64,000 bases of DNA from Malacoraja senta (Eukaryota), in the NCBI GenBank assembly GCA_038087875.1, contig CM075988.1, positions 10,232,001 through 10,296,000 on the forward strand, given 5' to 3'. Shown here piece after piece: positions 38,612 through 51,164 of the stretch. The first letter of the stretch is position 1. Each line of letters starts with the position of its first letter. The notes beneath the pieces were generated by a model. It had not been told where the DNA came from and searched no databases. It saw only the letters and a list, made by a program, of their open reading frames with translations. The position numbers and the translations under genes were made by a program.

Positions 38612-39122
38612 AGGAGCAGAGGGACAACTAGTGCTTTCTTTGTGATGGTACACACCAGTACAGCGTATCAGCACCTCTAACATGACACGTATATTTATTA
38701 TATGTAGGAAGGAACTGCAGGTGCTGGTTTACACCCAAGATAGACACAAAATGCTGGAGTAACTGCGGGTCAGGCAGCATTCCTGGAGAAAATGAATAGG
38801 TGATGTATCAAAAAAAACTATGATCGATCTATCAAACCAAGAGTCAGGGGAGGAAGGGTCTCAACCCAAAACATTACCTATTCCTTTTCTCCAGAGAAGA
38901 CAAATAATTATAAATCGTGCTTAGCTGATGGATAACATAAGCAAATAAGTTAGAACATTTATTTGTTTAGATTTTGTATTCCATTATTATATTAACAGTC
39001 AATGGGTTCCCAGCGTTGGGCATATTAATGAAAAAAAATGTTGATAAATCTAGCTTAATATTCAATTGATATGCATACTGGCACATTTCTGTATACAAAA
39101 GAAGTGTATAACATTTTTTCTT

Positions 39123-39356
39123 CACCAAATTCAGGTGCAGTTTCCTACCACTTCAAGCAGCGTGCAGGGCCACCAAATTCAAGTGCAGTATCCTACCACT
39201 TCAAGCAGGGTGCAGGGCCATAAAATTCAAGTGCAGTTGCCTGACACATCAAGCAGGATACAAGGCCAACAAATTCAAGTGCAGTTTCATGCCATTTCAA
39301 GCAGGGTGCAAGGCCACCAAATTCAAGTGCAGTTTCATACCATTTCAAGCAGGGTG
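39123..39356 (+). repeat. 48-bp tandem repeat, ~5 units
   Basis: caccaaattcaagtgcagtttc.taccacttcaagcagggtgcagggc units. Confidence 0.9.
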
Positions 39357-39754
39357 AAACCACCATGAAACCACCATGAAACCACACAAAACACCACATA
39401 AAAACCACACTCATAGTTCAGTAGACATTCAGTGTGTTCAGTTGATTCACAGCTCAGACAGTCGTGACCTCTCCCTCACCCATCTTGCAGAGACTGAGCC
39501 ACACCCACACTTCCGGGTTTTACAACCCCTCCCACCGGAAGGGGCGTGACTTTCATGGCGTAATTGACAGGAGAGAGATTCTCAGCATTTTTGTTAAACA
39601 CTAATAACACTTTTATTTTTCATTGATGGGAAGAATCCTCTGCACCTGATGAGCGGAGGGGGACTGAGTAAGATGGCCCAAAATCAGGGCCATAAGTGGT
39701 AGTGTTTTATCTAAAATCAATATACAGTGCAACAGGAAGTTGTCAAGTTTAGAT

Positions 39755-39969
39755 CAACCACCATTTGCAGTGCAGCAGTTCAAAGCAACCCCCCACCAAC
39801 AACCATTTGCAGTGCAGCAGTTCAAAGCAACCCCCCACCAACAACCATTTGCAGTGCAGCAGTTCAAAGAACCCCCCCACCAACAACCATTTGCAGTGCA
39901 GCAGTTCAAAGCACCCCCCCCCCCCCTACCACCAACAACCATTTGCAGTGCAGCATTTCAAAGCAACCA
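39755..39969 (+). repeat. ~42-bp tandem repeat, ~5 units
   Basis: caccaacaaccatttgcagtgcagcagttcaaagcaacccc units. Confidence 0.9.
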
Positions 39970-41714
39970 CATTTTCATTTTCAAACCACATTAAGGGCAC
40001 TCACAGTTGGGTAGACATGTGTTCAGTGTTATTCACAGCTCAGGAAGACATGACCCTCTCGCTTCCTCCATCTTGCAGAGACTGAGTGAGGCACAAAACT
40101 TCCAGGTTTTATAGTCCCTCCCCCTCCCACCAGCAGGGAGAAGAGAGAATGTCAACATTTAAAAAACATTAATCCTCTTTTATTTTTCATCAATGGGAGA
40201 AATCCTCTTGTCCTGCGCCGCGGAGGGGGACTCTGAGTAAGATGGCCAAAAATCACAGCCGTAAGTGGCAGCGTTTTTTTCAAAAATCATGAAACAGAAA
40301 AACAGAAAGTGGTCAAGATCTTACTTTTAGTAATATAGATAGATGTTGCCTTTCAAGGATTGTTGGCCTGAGCCCAGTGGGGTTGTATGGTGAATTGTGA
40401 CTCAATGACAGAGATCAATAGATGTTTTGATATGAAGGGAATCAAGGAACACAAAGTGCTGGACTAACTCGACAGGTCATGCAGCATCTCTGGAGAAAAT
40501 GGATAGGTTTCAGGTTGAGGCCATACAATCAGTCTGAAGAAGGGTAACCTATCCATGTTGTCCAGAGATGCTGCCTGACCTGCTGAGTTACTTTAGCACT
40601 TGGTGTCCCTTTTTGTATTAACCGGCATCAGCTGTTCCTTGTTCCTACCGGGAATCAAGGGATACAGGGTTAGCACAGGAAACTCAGATAAAGTCAGCCA
40701 TGGATGGGAGCAGGCACACAGGGCTGAGATGCTTATTTCAGCTCCTACTTCACATGCTCTTGTTTATGATGACATTGTAGTGAAAATCTCATGAACCATT
40801 CTGTTGCTTTGTATCGTCAGTAAATGTATTATCTTGAGGGGGTTTGTTCAGCATTAAATCATACATGAGCACTAAGCTGTGCAGAAAAGCAGAGATCCAA
40901 GTTCATTTCAAGTTCAAGACAGTACTCTGTATATTGGTTTTTTCCCTCCCTCAGAGCTGTTCAGTGCCATCAAAGGAATTTGTTCTGGCTGTCTTGGCCA
41001 GGCATTGATATGAACTGTTGTGAAATGAGAAATGGAAATTTCAAATCAGTAGCAAATCCATGTGTAAAAGCAACAAAAGCCTACATTTTGTGTATATTGT
41101 ACTGCCTATTTTCTCAAAATGGGGTGTACTGATTTGTTTTGAAAGTTTTCTTTTGTATTTTAACTGTTCTTGCAAAAGATGAGATTGGAAAACTTGATCA
41201 ATTCACTCTACCAGTATATTTGTTCCTCTACTCTAATGTGCGTTAAGAGGAAGTGAGTGTTCTTCCTTGTCCCCTCTCACGAGGTTGAGTGAAGGACTCT
41301 CAGTGAATGACTGCAGTGTTCAAAAAATCATTGGTTTATTGTGTGTGTAGCAGAGTGTATTTATGTATAAACATAGGAAGTTTAGAATTTAGAAAGAGAC
41401 CCTTCGGGCTGCAACAATGCTGTGCCAAGTCTCTGGATTGTGCATCATCATCCAAGGACCTCACATGCTCCTCCAAGTGAAAGGGAAGCTTTTATTTCCC
41501 TCTTCACTTTGCCGCAGTAACAGTGCAAATCTTCTCCATGTTGAGGAGTGGAACATTGTGCTCCAGATCATGGAAGTGGTTGAAACATGGAGCAGGCCCT
41601 TCTGCCCACGATGTCCGTGCCTAACTTGATGCCAAGAAAAAAACTGTTATCTGCCTGCACATAACCCATATCCCTCCATTCCCTGCAAATCCACTAACCT
41701 AATCAAAAGTCTAC

Positions 41715-42445
41715 AAATGGAGGAGGGAGATGGGAAGGGTGGAGGAGGGATATGCCCCCTCCCTATCTAACCTCACTCCCTCCCTCTCTACCCCCTCCCT
41801 CTCTACCCCCTCCCCCCCTACCCCCTCCCCCCTCTACCCCCTCCCTCTCTACCTCTCCCTCTCTACCTCCCTCCCTCTCTACCCCCTCCCTCTCTACCCC
41901 CTCCCTTTCCCTCCCTTGCCATCTCCCTCTCTACCCTCCCTCCTCCCCACTCTACCCCCTCTCTTTCCCTCTACACCCTCCCTCTCTCTCTCTCTACCCC
42001 CTCCCTCTCTGCCGCTCTCCATCTGCACCCCCCTCCTCCTCCTCCCTCTACCCTCCCTCTCTACCCCCCTCCCTCTCCCTCTCTAACCCCTTCCCCCTCC
42101 CTCTCCCTCACTACCCCCCTTCCCCTCCCTCTATGCCCCGCCCTCCCTATCTACCCCCCTCCCTCTCTACTCCCATCCCTCTCCTTCTCTACTCCCATCC
42201 CTCTCCCTCTCCATCTCCCTCCCCCTCCCACTCTTCCCCCCTCTCTCTCGGGATTGAAGAGTGGGGGTGAAGAGGAGGAGGATGGTGTGCTGGGGGATGT
42301 GGAGAAATGAGCCGCGCCTGCGCAGTTGGGGGCTATGTGTGAGTGGTGCAATATTGTGTTGGGGAATGCCTTGCATTGGGGGAATGGGTGAGAGGTGGAA
42401 TCTTGCTTTGGGGGAGCAGACCCAACGGGTCTGCACTTGGTCTAG
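41715..42445 (+). mobile_element. Non-autonomous Helitron 3' portion with a polypyrimidine array
   Basis: Subterminal hairpin GCAGACCC-AAC-GGGTCTGC (42416-42434), then CTAG (42442-42445) followed by host T. Sits within a CR1 remnant; 5' boundary uncertain. Confidence 0.75.
41755..42250 (+). repeat. Polypyrimidine (ctaccccctccctct)n-like low-complexity tract
   Basis: About 500 bp almost devoid of G on the plus strand. Confidence 0.9.
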
Positions 42446-45310
42446 TTATATAATAAAATAAAAATTAAAAAATTAAAAACTGAACAAAACAACCTTTCCC
42501 TGTACATCTGCATTAAACTTTGCCCCTCTCATCTCATGGCCATGCCATCCAGTCTTTGATATTTCCATCCTGGGAAAGTTGTTCTGACTCTCTATCCAAA
42601 TATATGCCTCCCATAATTTATAAATTCCTCTTGAGTCTCCCCGCCACCTCCATTATTCCAGAGAAAATAATCCAAGTACGTTTTACCTCTCTCTGTAATT
42701 AATACCCTCTAATTTAGGCATCATTCTAGTAAACATCATCTGTGCGATTTACGTAGAACTGTTTATGTTGTTCTATAGGAAACAACACAATAGCAAAACT
42801 ATGTTTAAGAAAGAACTGCAGATGCTGGAAAAAACGAAGGTAGACAAAAATGCTGGTGAAACTCAACGGGTGAGGCAGCATCTATGAAGAGAAGGAATAG
42901 GTGATGTTTCGGGTTGAGACCCTTCTTCAGACTGATCATAACTAACACTTTTATCACATTCACATTTTTAAATATCATGCACACTGGAAGATACTGTAAG
43001 TATGGCAATGGGGATAATTTTCTTTTATTCAGTTTTATAGAGATTAGGATACATTTTACAGATTACTGAGTCTTTAGCCATTTGCATGGGAAGTGGATAA
43101 ATGCCTTAAATTAACCGAAAAAAGATGAAGATATTTAAAAGCTAGAAACTGATTCCAATGCCAGATGGGTTGGTGACTAAGGAATGGATATTAAAGTTGT
43201 TGGCCAAAAAATTATAGAAGTGAAACATGGCAAATTTTCTTTCCTCATGATTTATTATGATTTAGCACACGGTGATTGAAATAGTACTGGGCAATGACAA
43301 TGATAATTTCCAAAACAAGACTTTATAAGTATTTGGTAAACATTGCAGGGCTAAAGAGCAGAGAAATATGATCTAAAAATGATAGGATTGGCTACCAGAG
43401 CCCAGAGCAATTTCAGCTTTGATTTTCACCAATTAGTTCAGCATTTCTTACTTAATCCATTGCATTGCGTGTTCTGTTCCTGTTCCACTCCTATTCCCCA
43501 CAATCTCGCTACTAAAATTAAATCAAATGATTCATTTAGTATTTTGTCATCCAAGATAAAATTGTTTAGTTATATGCTTCAAATATTTATCTTCATTCAT
43601 GCTTCCATTTATTTTCCTATCAGTTTTTCTTTAGACTTTCATATTCGTTTTTGCTTCCCTGTAGTTTTTTGGGATAATCGTTTCAATTAAAGGGCAGGAT
43701 TTGCCGGTTCCTAGGGGTCTCAAGGCATCTTCTGCCAGGTGCAATATTTACCCATGAAGATTAAGGTGGATCCCAGTTCATGCTTCACTGGCTTAGTGTT
43801 TTGTAGTTGCCCTCCCGGTTAGGTTTATGGCTGGGCCCTGGCAGATGGGCACAGTGTTTCCCCTGGACACCAATACACATGGAACTGCAGATGTTGGAAA
43901 CTTGCCTGGAATACAAACTGCTGGAGTTACTCAACGGGTCAGGCAGCACCTCAGGAGGTCGGAGTTGCACAGTGGAATCAAAGTTCCAGTAGGGAATTGT
44001 ATTTACGATGCACTACTTTTTCCATATTTCTTAATTTTTCCAACCAGTTTTATTTGCAACCGTCTTTACATTTTGCGACATTTCCAGTTCTCTGTCCTCA
44101 GTCTCATTTAACCTTTTTCTTTCCAGTTTATCTAAGCTGTGGCCCTCAACAAAGAAGTAGTCCCACGCCTTTGCAATTTTTATATCAGATTTAATTGTAG
44201 CGGTGTAGGGATTTCCTGCAAATTTATTGCATGTTCATTGCATGGCTATGGAAATGAAAATCAGTACACATTACCTGCCCCTCAGTTATTTAAATGTGTT
44301 TAATTAAGAGTTGCCAATTTTGATTCTGTGAAACTCGCAATGGGAACTGTTTTGTTTGGAGAGGGAGGCATTTTGTTCATGTTAACATTGTTCGATTAAG
44401 TCCCACCGTGCTACTCAATATTCTAAGCAGCTTTCAGAATTGAGGTACAGCCAGTTTTGGATGCATAGTCTCCATTTTCAGCATGTTTTCCAAATGTTTA
44501 TGCCTTATCCTCATAACATTGACCAATACGTGTAAAGCTTATGTTGTTAATATTAGCATGCATTACTGCAGCTTCAAACTTCTTCTACACTGTTAATTTG
44601 TATTATTCCTTCATGATTCACCATGTTGCAGGGTCATTTTATAGAACAATAGAGGGAAACAGCATGGGAAAAGGCCCTTCAGACCATAGAATCCATATCA
44701 ACTATCAACCACCCATTTACATTAAACTACATTAATACCATTTCTATTCCCCCCACACTCCCATCAACTTTCCCACCACTCCCTTCCCCATCTAGTTTAA
44801 AGTGATGATAATACAACAATTGTCTTCATCTATTCTCTTTATCCCACAACCATCAATGACATTAAACACCCAGTGTTGGAAATTCATACTGAGGCCTTAA
44901 TTAAGCCATTCGCCACTTCTTCCTGTAAAGTTAAATGTAAGGCAGGAAGATGACTTATGTTTTCCAAAGCAATTGCTCTTCAGTATCAGCTCAGTGACAA
45001 ACACACAAACCATTGTCCTATTAGTGGAATTCATAGAAACCTTGAGTAGCTTTTCAGCTTCTGATAAAAATAAGTTTAGAAGTAATTATTCTCCTTCATA
45101 AATAATTAATATTGAAGCACGGATTTGTTCTGGTATCCAATCTGGTGATAAGAAAAACAACTTGTTGTTGACTTGATGTACCTTGTCCATGCTGCTCAAT
45201 AAATTGTGTTTTGGAGGGTGTTGGGAGTGGCAAGTCTTCTTTCTAACGAGAATGTAAACTTACAATTGTTTTTTTTAATTAGAAGCAGAGAAGTGTGACT
45301 TGTGATTGTG

Positions 45311-46352
45311 TAGGTATGTTACAAAACTTACCTTCAGTCGCGCTGTAATTCTGCCACTGGCCGTGTGCGCGATTTTGGCGCCTTTAAGGGGGGGCGGGGG
45401 TTAAATCGCGGGTTTCTCCTCCCTTGTCCTGGGAATATTTTGTTGGAGTACAAGCCTTGGCTGAAAAATTCGTTCCTACCGGCGTTTTGTGAATTTTTTA
45501 TTTTTATTAAATCGTCAATGTCAGCGCTACAGTAATTTTAAAAGCAGCTCCTGAAGCGTCAACACCGATAACGGGGACGGATTTCACACACGGGACAGGT
45601 AAACGAAAGTGCTTTCTTTAAATGTATAAAAGTGCTTCTTAAGAAGCCTTTAATTCACATTTTGTCATGCAACACGGTGATTTTATTCCCCGAATTAACG
45701 GCAGTATTTTTCATGCCAATACGGGGTTAAATTCACCGCAAATGAATGTTCCAAAAGATCGCGTTCCAGAAATCCTCACTCGCAAGATGAATTAAATCCT
45801 CATTAATTTACAGGTATTAAACATTCAATTCCTTCCATTTGGCGTGTAAATTCATGAAAATTAGATTTAAAAATTATGTTATATTGTGAATTATTGTGTG
45901 AATGTTATTTGGACACTTAGGCTATTTAAAAATGTTAATCTATTCTTAAGAAATTGATAGATGTTTAGATCTAGTAATTGAATTTTGTAATTAGCTACAA
46001 TTAGGTAACTAACTAATTATATGCTTTACTTTCATGTCTTCGAAGTAAGATTGTTTCATATTTGTTTCAGAATGCTTCAATCTATAATACCTGAAAATTT
46101 CTTTCAGTTATCATAATTTTTAAGAAAGTTATGGGCTTTTAACTGTCCTCGATCACAGCTTTTGTGTTAAATCAATGGAAAAGCAATAGGGAACTAGATG
46201 CTAATTTCTGAGTATGATAATGGCCATAACTTTTTTAATACTGAAGATATGAAAGTGAATTAAGTGTCAAATTAAACTTCTTTTTATGCTTTATCTGATG
46301 GGATAAATTGCAGACTTTATTTTTAAAATCTCAAAATTTTGTAACATTGCTA
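45311..46352. mobile_element. Non-autonomous TIR DNA transposon (hAT-like TAG termini)
   Basis: 16-bp imperfect TIR taggtatgttacaaaa / ttttgtaacattgcta. 7-bp TSD gattgtg at 45304-45310 / 46353-46359. Confidence 0.8.
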
Positions 46353-48744
46353 GATTGTGCAACTCATAAGTTTACATGTTCATAGAACTTTCCCCCTCTA
46401 CTGAATATTAGTCCTTTAGCCACTTGGCCATCAGCTTTCATCTCTCAGAACTACATCAAGCAACAGATTGAAACTGGGATACTAGAAAATATGGCAAAGA
46501 TTTATGCCAGAGGCACTCTGCTTTTCAACACTCGAGCCTCACAGCAGGCTAGTATAATAATGATCCACTGTTGTGCTTGTTGCCAGCAGGTATCCAATAC
46601 ACAGCTCGTGCACATCAGGAGCATTCCCCTCGTTACAGCCATGCTCACCGTCTATCCACATTACAGTAAAGAAAGACACAGAGGTCTTTGAAACATTCCT
46701 TTCAAAGATGGATACTGAAGATAGGAAGCTTCATCTGTTTCCACTCATTTGACCGCATCAACATGATTCAACATTAACAAATTCCGGTCTCCAACAAATC
46801 ACCACACTTTAATGTATAGATGACTTCACTTGAGTACTATATTGAATTAAACGCTCGGCAGTCTTTACAGTTTCTTTGGTTAACATCCAGCATAAGGAAC
46901 ATAGACCGCTTGATAGAATGGGTCGACATGGGATTTATTGCAGAGAAGTGAGGTGAGAAGAATGTGGGTCTGGAACTCACTCCTTGAAAGCATGGTGGAG
47001 GCAGAAACCTTTAAACATCATCACAGAGTACCGCAAAGACCAATTAAGCTGCTATAACTTCCCAGAGCTGGGATGTAGAGATGCAAGTGACCCCCCTTGG
47101 AACTGCTTTTTGGGTTGTAAAACTTGTCTTTACAGAATTCACAAATCACTACCCAAAATTTGAAGTATAAAATAAAGAGTAAATGAATCAACACAGTGTA
47201 TTTCTTGTAATTTGCTTTTCTTGATGCCAGAGCAGATGATATGGCTTCATGTTTTCATGTTACAGAAGATAATGATGAAGACATTTTTATGGATGTAACC
47301 ACTTCCTCCCACCTCCCTTCGACACCCACCTTCCCCCACCCTTGCCCTCAGCAAATATAGAATTTATGAAGAGAAACAGAGTTAACGTTTCAGGATGAAG
47401 TACCTCTGTCAGAACAGCGTCAGTAAACTTTTACTGCAATGCCATTTATGGTACCTAACTTTCATGTATGATGACATTTGTTACTGTAACAAATAGCATG
47501 TAATTCTCCTGCATTGGTATATATTGTACGAACATTCTTGATAAAGCATTTTGCCCAGTCTTTCTGATTTACAAAATCGCTCCTTCTTCTGTTATAGTAA
47601 ACATCCCTTTCCAAAATGACCCAAATTAATGAAAGGCAAGGGAAATGTCGTTGAACCATTTCTTCTTGGATCTTTTAAAATTAGTTCCAAATTAGTGCAA
47701 TGGGTTGATCGTATGGGATTTTACCTAGCTGTGTGTATCATGTGGCAAGTGACAAAATAAGTCTGGTCTGAAAGTTTCCTTCATCTCTATCTCAGTGGTA
47801 TGAAATGATTTTAAGTTAAAGATTTCTGGTTTGATGTAGGCTGATTCACATGGCCTACTGTTTTACTTTTGGCTGATACTCATTGGACCAGTTGGCCTGT
47901 CTGTTTGCAATGTACATTAGAACAGATATTTTGAAGACTGGTTCTTGTTTTGAATCAATAGCTGCTACTTCCACATAAATGTATAACCCCTGAATAATCC
48001 CTAACAATAGGGTAAGAGATGGGGGAATAGAATTCATGGCATTACTCTATGAGCTGGCATTCACTCAGTGGGCCAAATGACCTCCTTTCATGTTGCATGG
48101 AAATATATAAAAATGTAGGAGCAAATCGTTGAGACACTAAGATTGTTCATAATTGATGGCATGGAGGTACAACAAAATAGTTAAAGTTGGTAAGTCACCA
48201 GAACCAAATAAAATGCAGCCGAGGATTCTGATGGATCGCTTGGCAGAAAATTGTAGGGACTTTGACTCAAATCTTTCAATGCCTTTTGAACACTTACGGT
48301 GGCAAAGGATTTGTTCAAAAAAGTGAGCAAGGATGCACCCAGCATCACCGTGCTAGAGCTAGTCATCTCTCCTTCTGTCCAGGGAGAGATCTCGGCGACA
48401 TGTTCCAGGACAGGAAAGAGGATTAATTCAAAGTCCATTGTGATTAGTGAATGGAATATTTTATTTATCCAATTTGATAGAATGTTTAAATGAGTTAATG
48501 GATGGAATTGATGACAATAAAGGTGTAAATGGACTTCTGGATGCTTTTAATGAGATGCACAAAATTAACTTTAATAGCATAGGTATAAAGTTTGGAAAGT
48601 AACAAGCCATAGAGGATTGCAGTAAATTATTATTTTTTTAATTGGAATATTTGATAACATACTTTTGACACTCCATGGCAGTCTAATGTTGGTGCAATTT
48701 AGCTTCCGTTACAATCTGCAGAAAGGTGTCACTGAAATAATAGT

Positions 48745-49620
48745 GAGTGCGGCGGTGCGGATTACTGCAGCGGCCCCTACAGCCCGTCTGTCTTTTTTTT
48801 ATTTTTGTCTAGTTAAATGTAGTTGTTTGTGTTTTTTTTGGTTTTGTTTTTTGGTACTGTTTTATTTGTGTATATGTGGGGGGCGGGGGGGGAGGGGGAA
48901 ACTTTTAAAAAATCTATTCCCTGCACGGGAGACCCGACCTTTTCCCTGTTGGGTCTCCGTTGTCGTTGGGGCCTAGCTCCGTGGAGCGGCCTCCGACCGG
49001 GACGACCTGGGGGCTCCAGTCGCGGAGCCTGTGGAGCTACGGACTCACCATCGTGGGGCTGGCCGTCCTCGGAGCGCGGGGAGCGGTGGTGACTCGTTGC
49101 TGCTCACTCCAGAGCTCCAGCTGCAGCTGCAGACCCGTGGACTGGGACATCGGGAGCTCGCGGGTCCGGGTGAGAGACCGCTTTCCGGAGCTCCCGCAAC
49201 GCATCTTCTCCAGCTCGAGTCGCGGGGTTGGAACGACCCGGAGCGGGGCCGTAAATCGCCCGGCGCGGCTTTAATGTTAAAGCCGCGGGACATTCCAGCG
49301 CCCGCCGGGGCTCCAACTTGTGACTTTGGGCCCGGAGCGAGGCCGTACACCGCCCGGCGCGGCCTCAACAGCCGTGGGACTTAACATTGCCCGCCTGGGG
49401 CTTCAACATCGGGAGAAAAATGGTGCAGGGGAGAGAAATGACTTTGCCTTCCATCACAGTGAGGAGGAGATTCACTGTGATGGATGTTTTTCTGTAAATT
49501 GAATTGTTTGTGTGTCGTGTAAGAATTGTTTTGTTTGTATGGCTGTGGAAACGGAGTTTCGTTTGAGCCTCTTTGAGGTTCAAATGACAAGAAATAAAAT
49601 AAAATAAAATAAAATCAAAT
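48745..49620 (+). mobile_element. CpG-rich non-autonomous retroposed element with a Rex1-like 3' end
   Basis: GC-rich body with no LINE ORF. Ends gtttcgtttgagcctc..gaggttcaaatgacaag followed by (aaata)n. Confidence 0.6.
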
Positions 49621-49737
49621 ATAAACAATGAAGTATGATTCATTTTCTTTCTATCTGATGGTTTCTTCTAATTTGTCATTTAACGTCCTGAATGTTTTGC
49701 TGATACATTGGCAACACATATAGTGAGTAATTTTGGT

Positions 49738-50016
49738 GTGGCACGGTGACGCAGCGGTAGAGTTGTTGCCTTACAGCGCCAGAGTCCCGAGTTCAATCCT
49801 CACTACGGGTGCTGGCTGAATGATATTTGTATGTTCTTCCCATGACTATGTGGGTTTCATCCAGGCATTCCAGTTTCCCCCCACACTCAAGTTGTACAAG
49901 TTTGTAGGTTAATTGGTTTTGGTAAAAATGTTAAAGTGTATAGGATTGTATTAATGTACAGCGAATGCTGTTGGCACAAAACAAATTCTGTGCTGTATCT
50001 CTAAACTAAACTAAAC
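49738..50016 (+). mobile_element. HE1-like V-SINE
   Basis: Head, V-domain and (ctaaa)n tail. Confidence 0.8.
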
Positions 50017-51023
50017 TGTTGGAATCTGTTTGATAATCTGCAAAGACTAAACACGAACACATCATCTTTTGAACTGGTTATTCTCAAACGATGGAAGAAA
50101 AGGAAAAACAAATTCAAAATGTTTATATAAATGGTTTGGTGACTGTAGGCTCACACAATGAGGTAAACAAATGAAGGAAATTAGTGTAAGTTCAAAACAT
50201 ATATACATTTTACAGTCTGAAGAATGGTCCCAATCCAAAATGCCACCTATCCGTATTAACATACGATCATAAGATCCATCAAGTCTACTCCATCATTCAT
50301 GGCTGATCTATCTCTCCCTCCTAACCCCATTCTTCTACCTTCTCCCCATAACCTCTGACACCCGTACTCATCAAGAAACTATCTATCTCTGCTTTAATAT
50401 ATCCACTGACTTTGCCACCACAGCCTTCTGTGGCAAAGAATTCCACAGATTTCCACCCTCTGACTTCTCCAGGGATGCTGTCTGACCTGTTGAATTACTC
50501 CAGCATTTTGTGTCTATATTTTACAAGGCATTGATATTCATTTTGGACAAGATGTTATATGGATTCATGAAGAGATTACAGTTAAGTTTTATCACAATCA
50601 GATTATTGCTTTATTTCTTCTTGGCTTAAATTTGCTTCAACTTTCAAAGACAGAATGAGATTCCATTTATCTCGTGTAGACTGTGGTCAGGTTTATGGAA
50701 TCAGAATGATTGCATTCGCTTTAAAACTTGCCAGCCAGTCTTTGCTGCTCATTTTCTGAGGTTGTTATTGATAATGTATATGAATCTGAGGGCATAGATT
50801 GATGCTGTCTGAGACATGAAAGACTGGAACTCCTTAAAAACTATAATTTTACATATAAGCTGGAAGAAACGAGAGCAAAAATGCTAAAGAAAATGTAAAA
50901 CTCTAGCAACCACCTTGGTAGTTTAAAATTATGCTTTTGTTTTTAAAAAACCCCGACACAAAAAACCCCATTCTGTGCATTTTAGTGTATCCTGTGCGAG
51001 TAGACTGCCTTTCTGAAATTCAT

Positions 51024-51164
51024 CTTCTTCTTCTTGTGTATGGCGTGCACAGACTAAAGTTGTAGGACAACTTGTTCTATTTGATCTTATTTGATTGTGC
51101 ACGCCAGGTTGATTGCATTCGTCGAAACAGGGCGGACCACGTGAAGGTTGCAATCTCCCACCCC
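51024..51164 (-). mobile_element. 141-bp short retroposon with a 5' HDV-like ribozyme and (GAA)n tail (probably RTE-dependent)
   Basis: 11-bp TSD ctgaaattcat at 51013-51023 / 51165-51175. 3' 11-bp stem (51041-51051 / 51096-51106) and tail caagaagaagaag. Confidence 0.9.
51111..51164 (-). ncRNA. Minimal HDV/CPEB3-like self-cleaving ribozyme (54 nt), predicted
   Basis: P1 GGGGUGG, J1/2 GA, P2 GAUUGCA, P3 ACC, L3 UUCACGU, P3' GGU, P1' CCGCCCU, GU, mini-P4 UUCGA, J4/2 CGAA, P2' UGCAAUC. All helices pair, with a G1-U wobble at the cleavage site. Confidence 0.85.

Larger units (their letters stand above)
39100..40343 (-). mobile_element. Probable non-autonomous Helitron-like element with internal minisatellites
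   Basis: Minus strand begins A|TCTAT(CTAT)ATTACTAAAA, a Helitron-type 5' end. Contains 48-bp and ~42-bp tandem arrays and a ~300-bp internal duplication. The 3' CTAG end was not located. Confidence 0.55.

Noticed and set aside
39123..39969. Regularly spaced repeats resembling a CRISPR array
   Set aside because: Contiguous tandem units with no unique spacers, no cas genes and a vertebrate context; these are minisatellites.
41730..42270. Pro/Ser/Leu-rich ORFs resembling extensin or formin
   Set aside because: Translation artefacts of a polypyrimidine tract.
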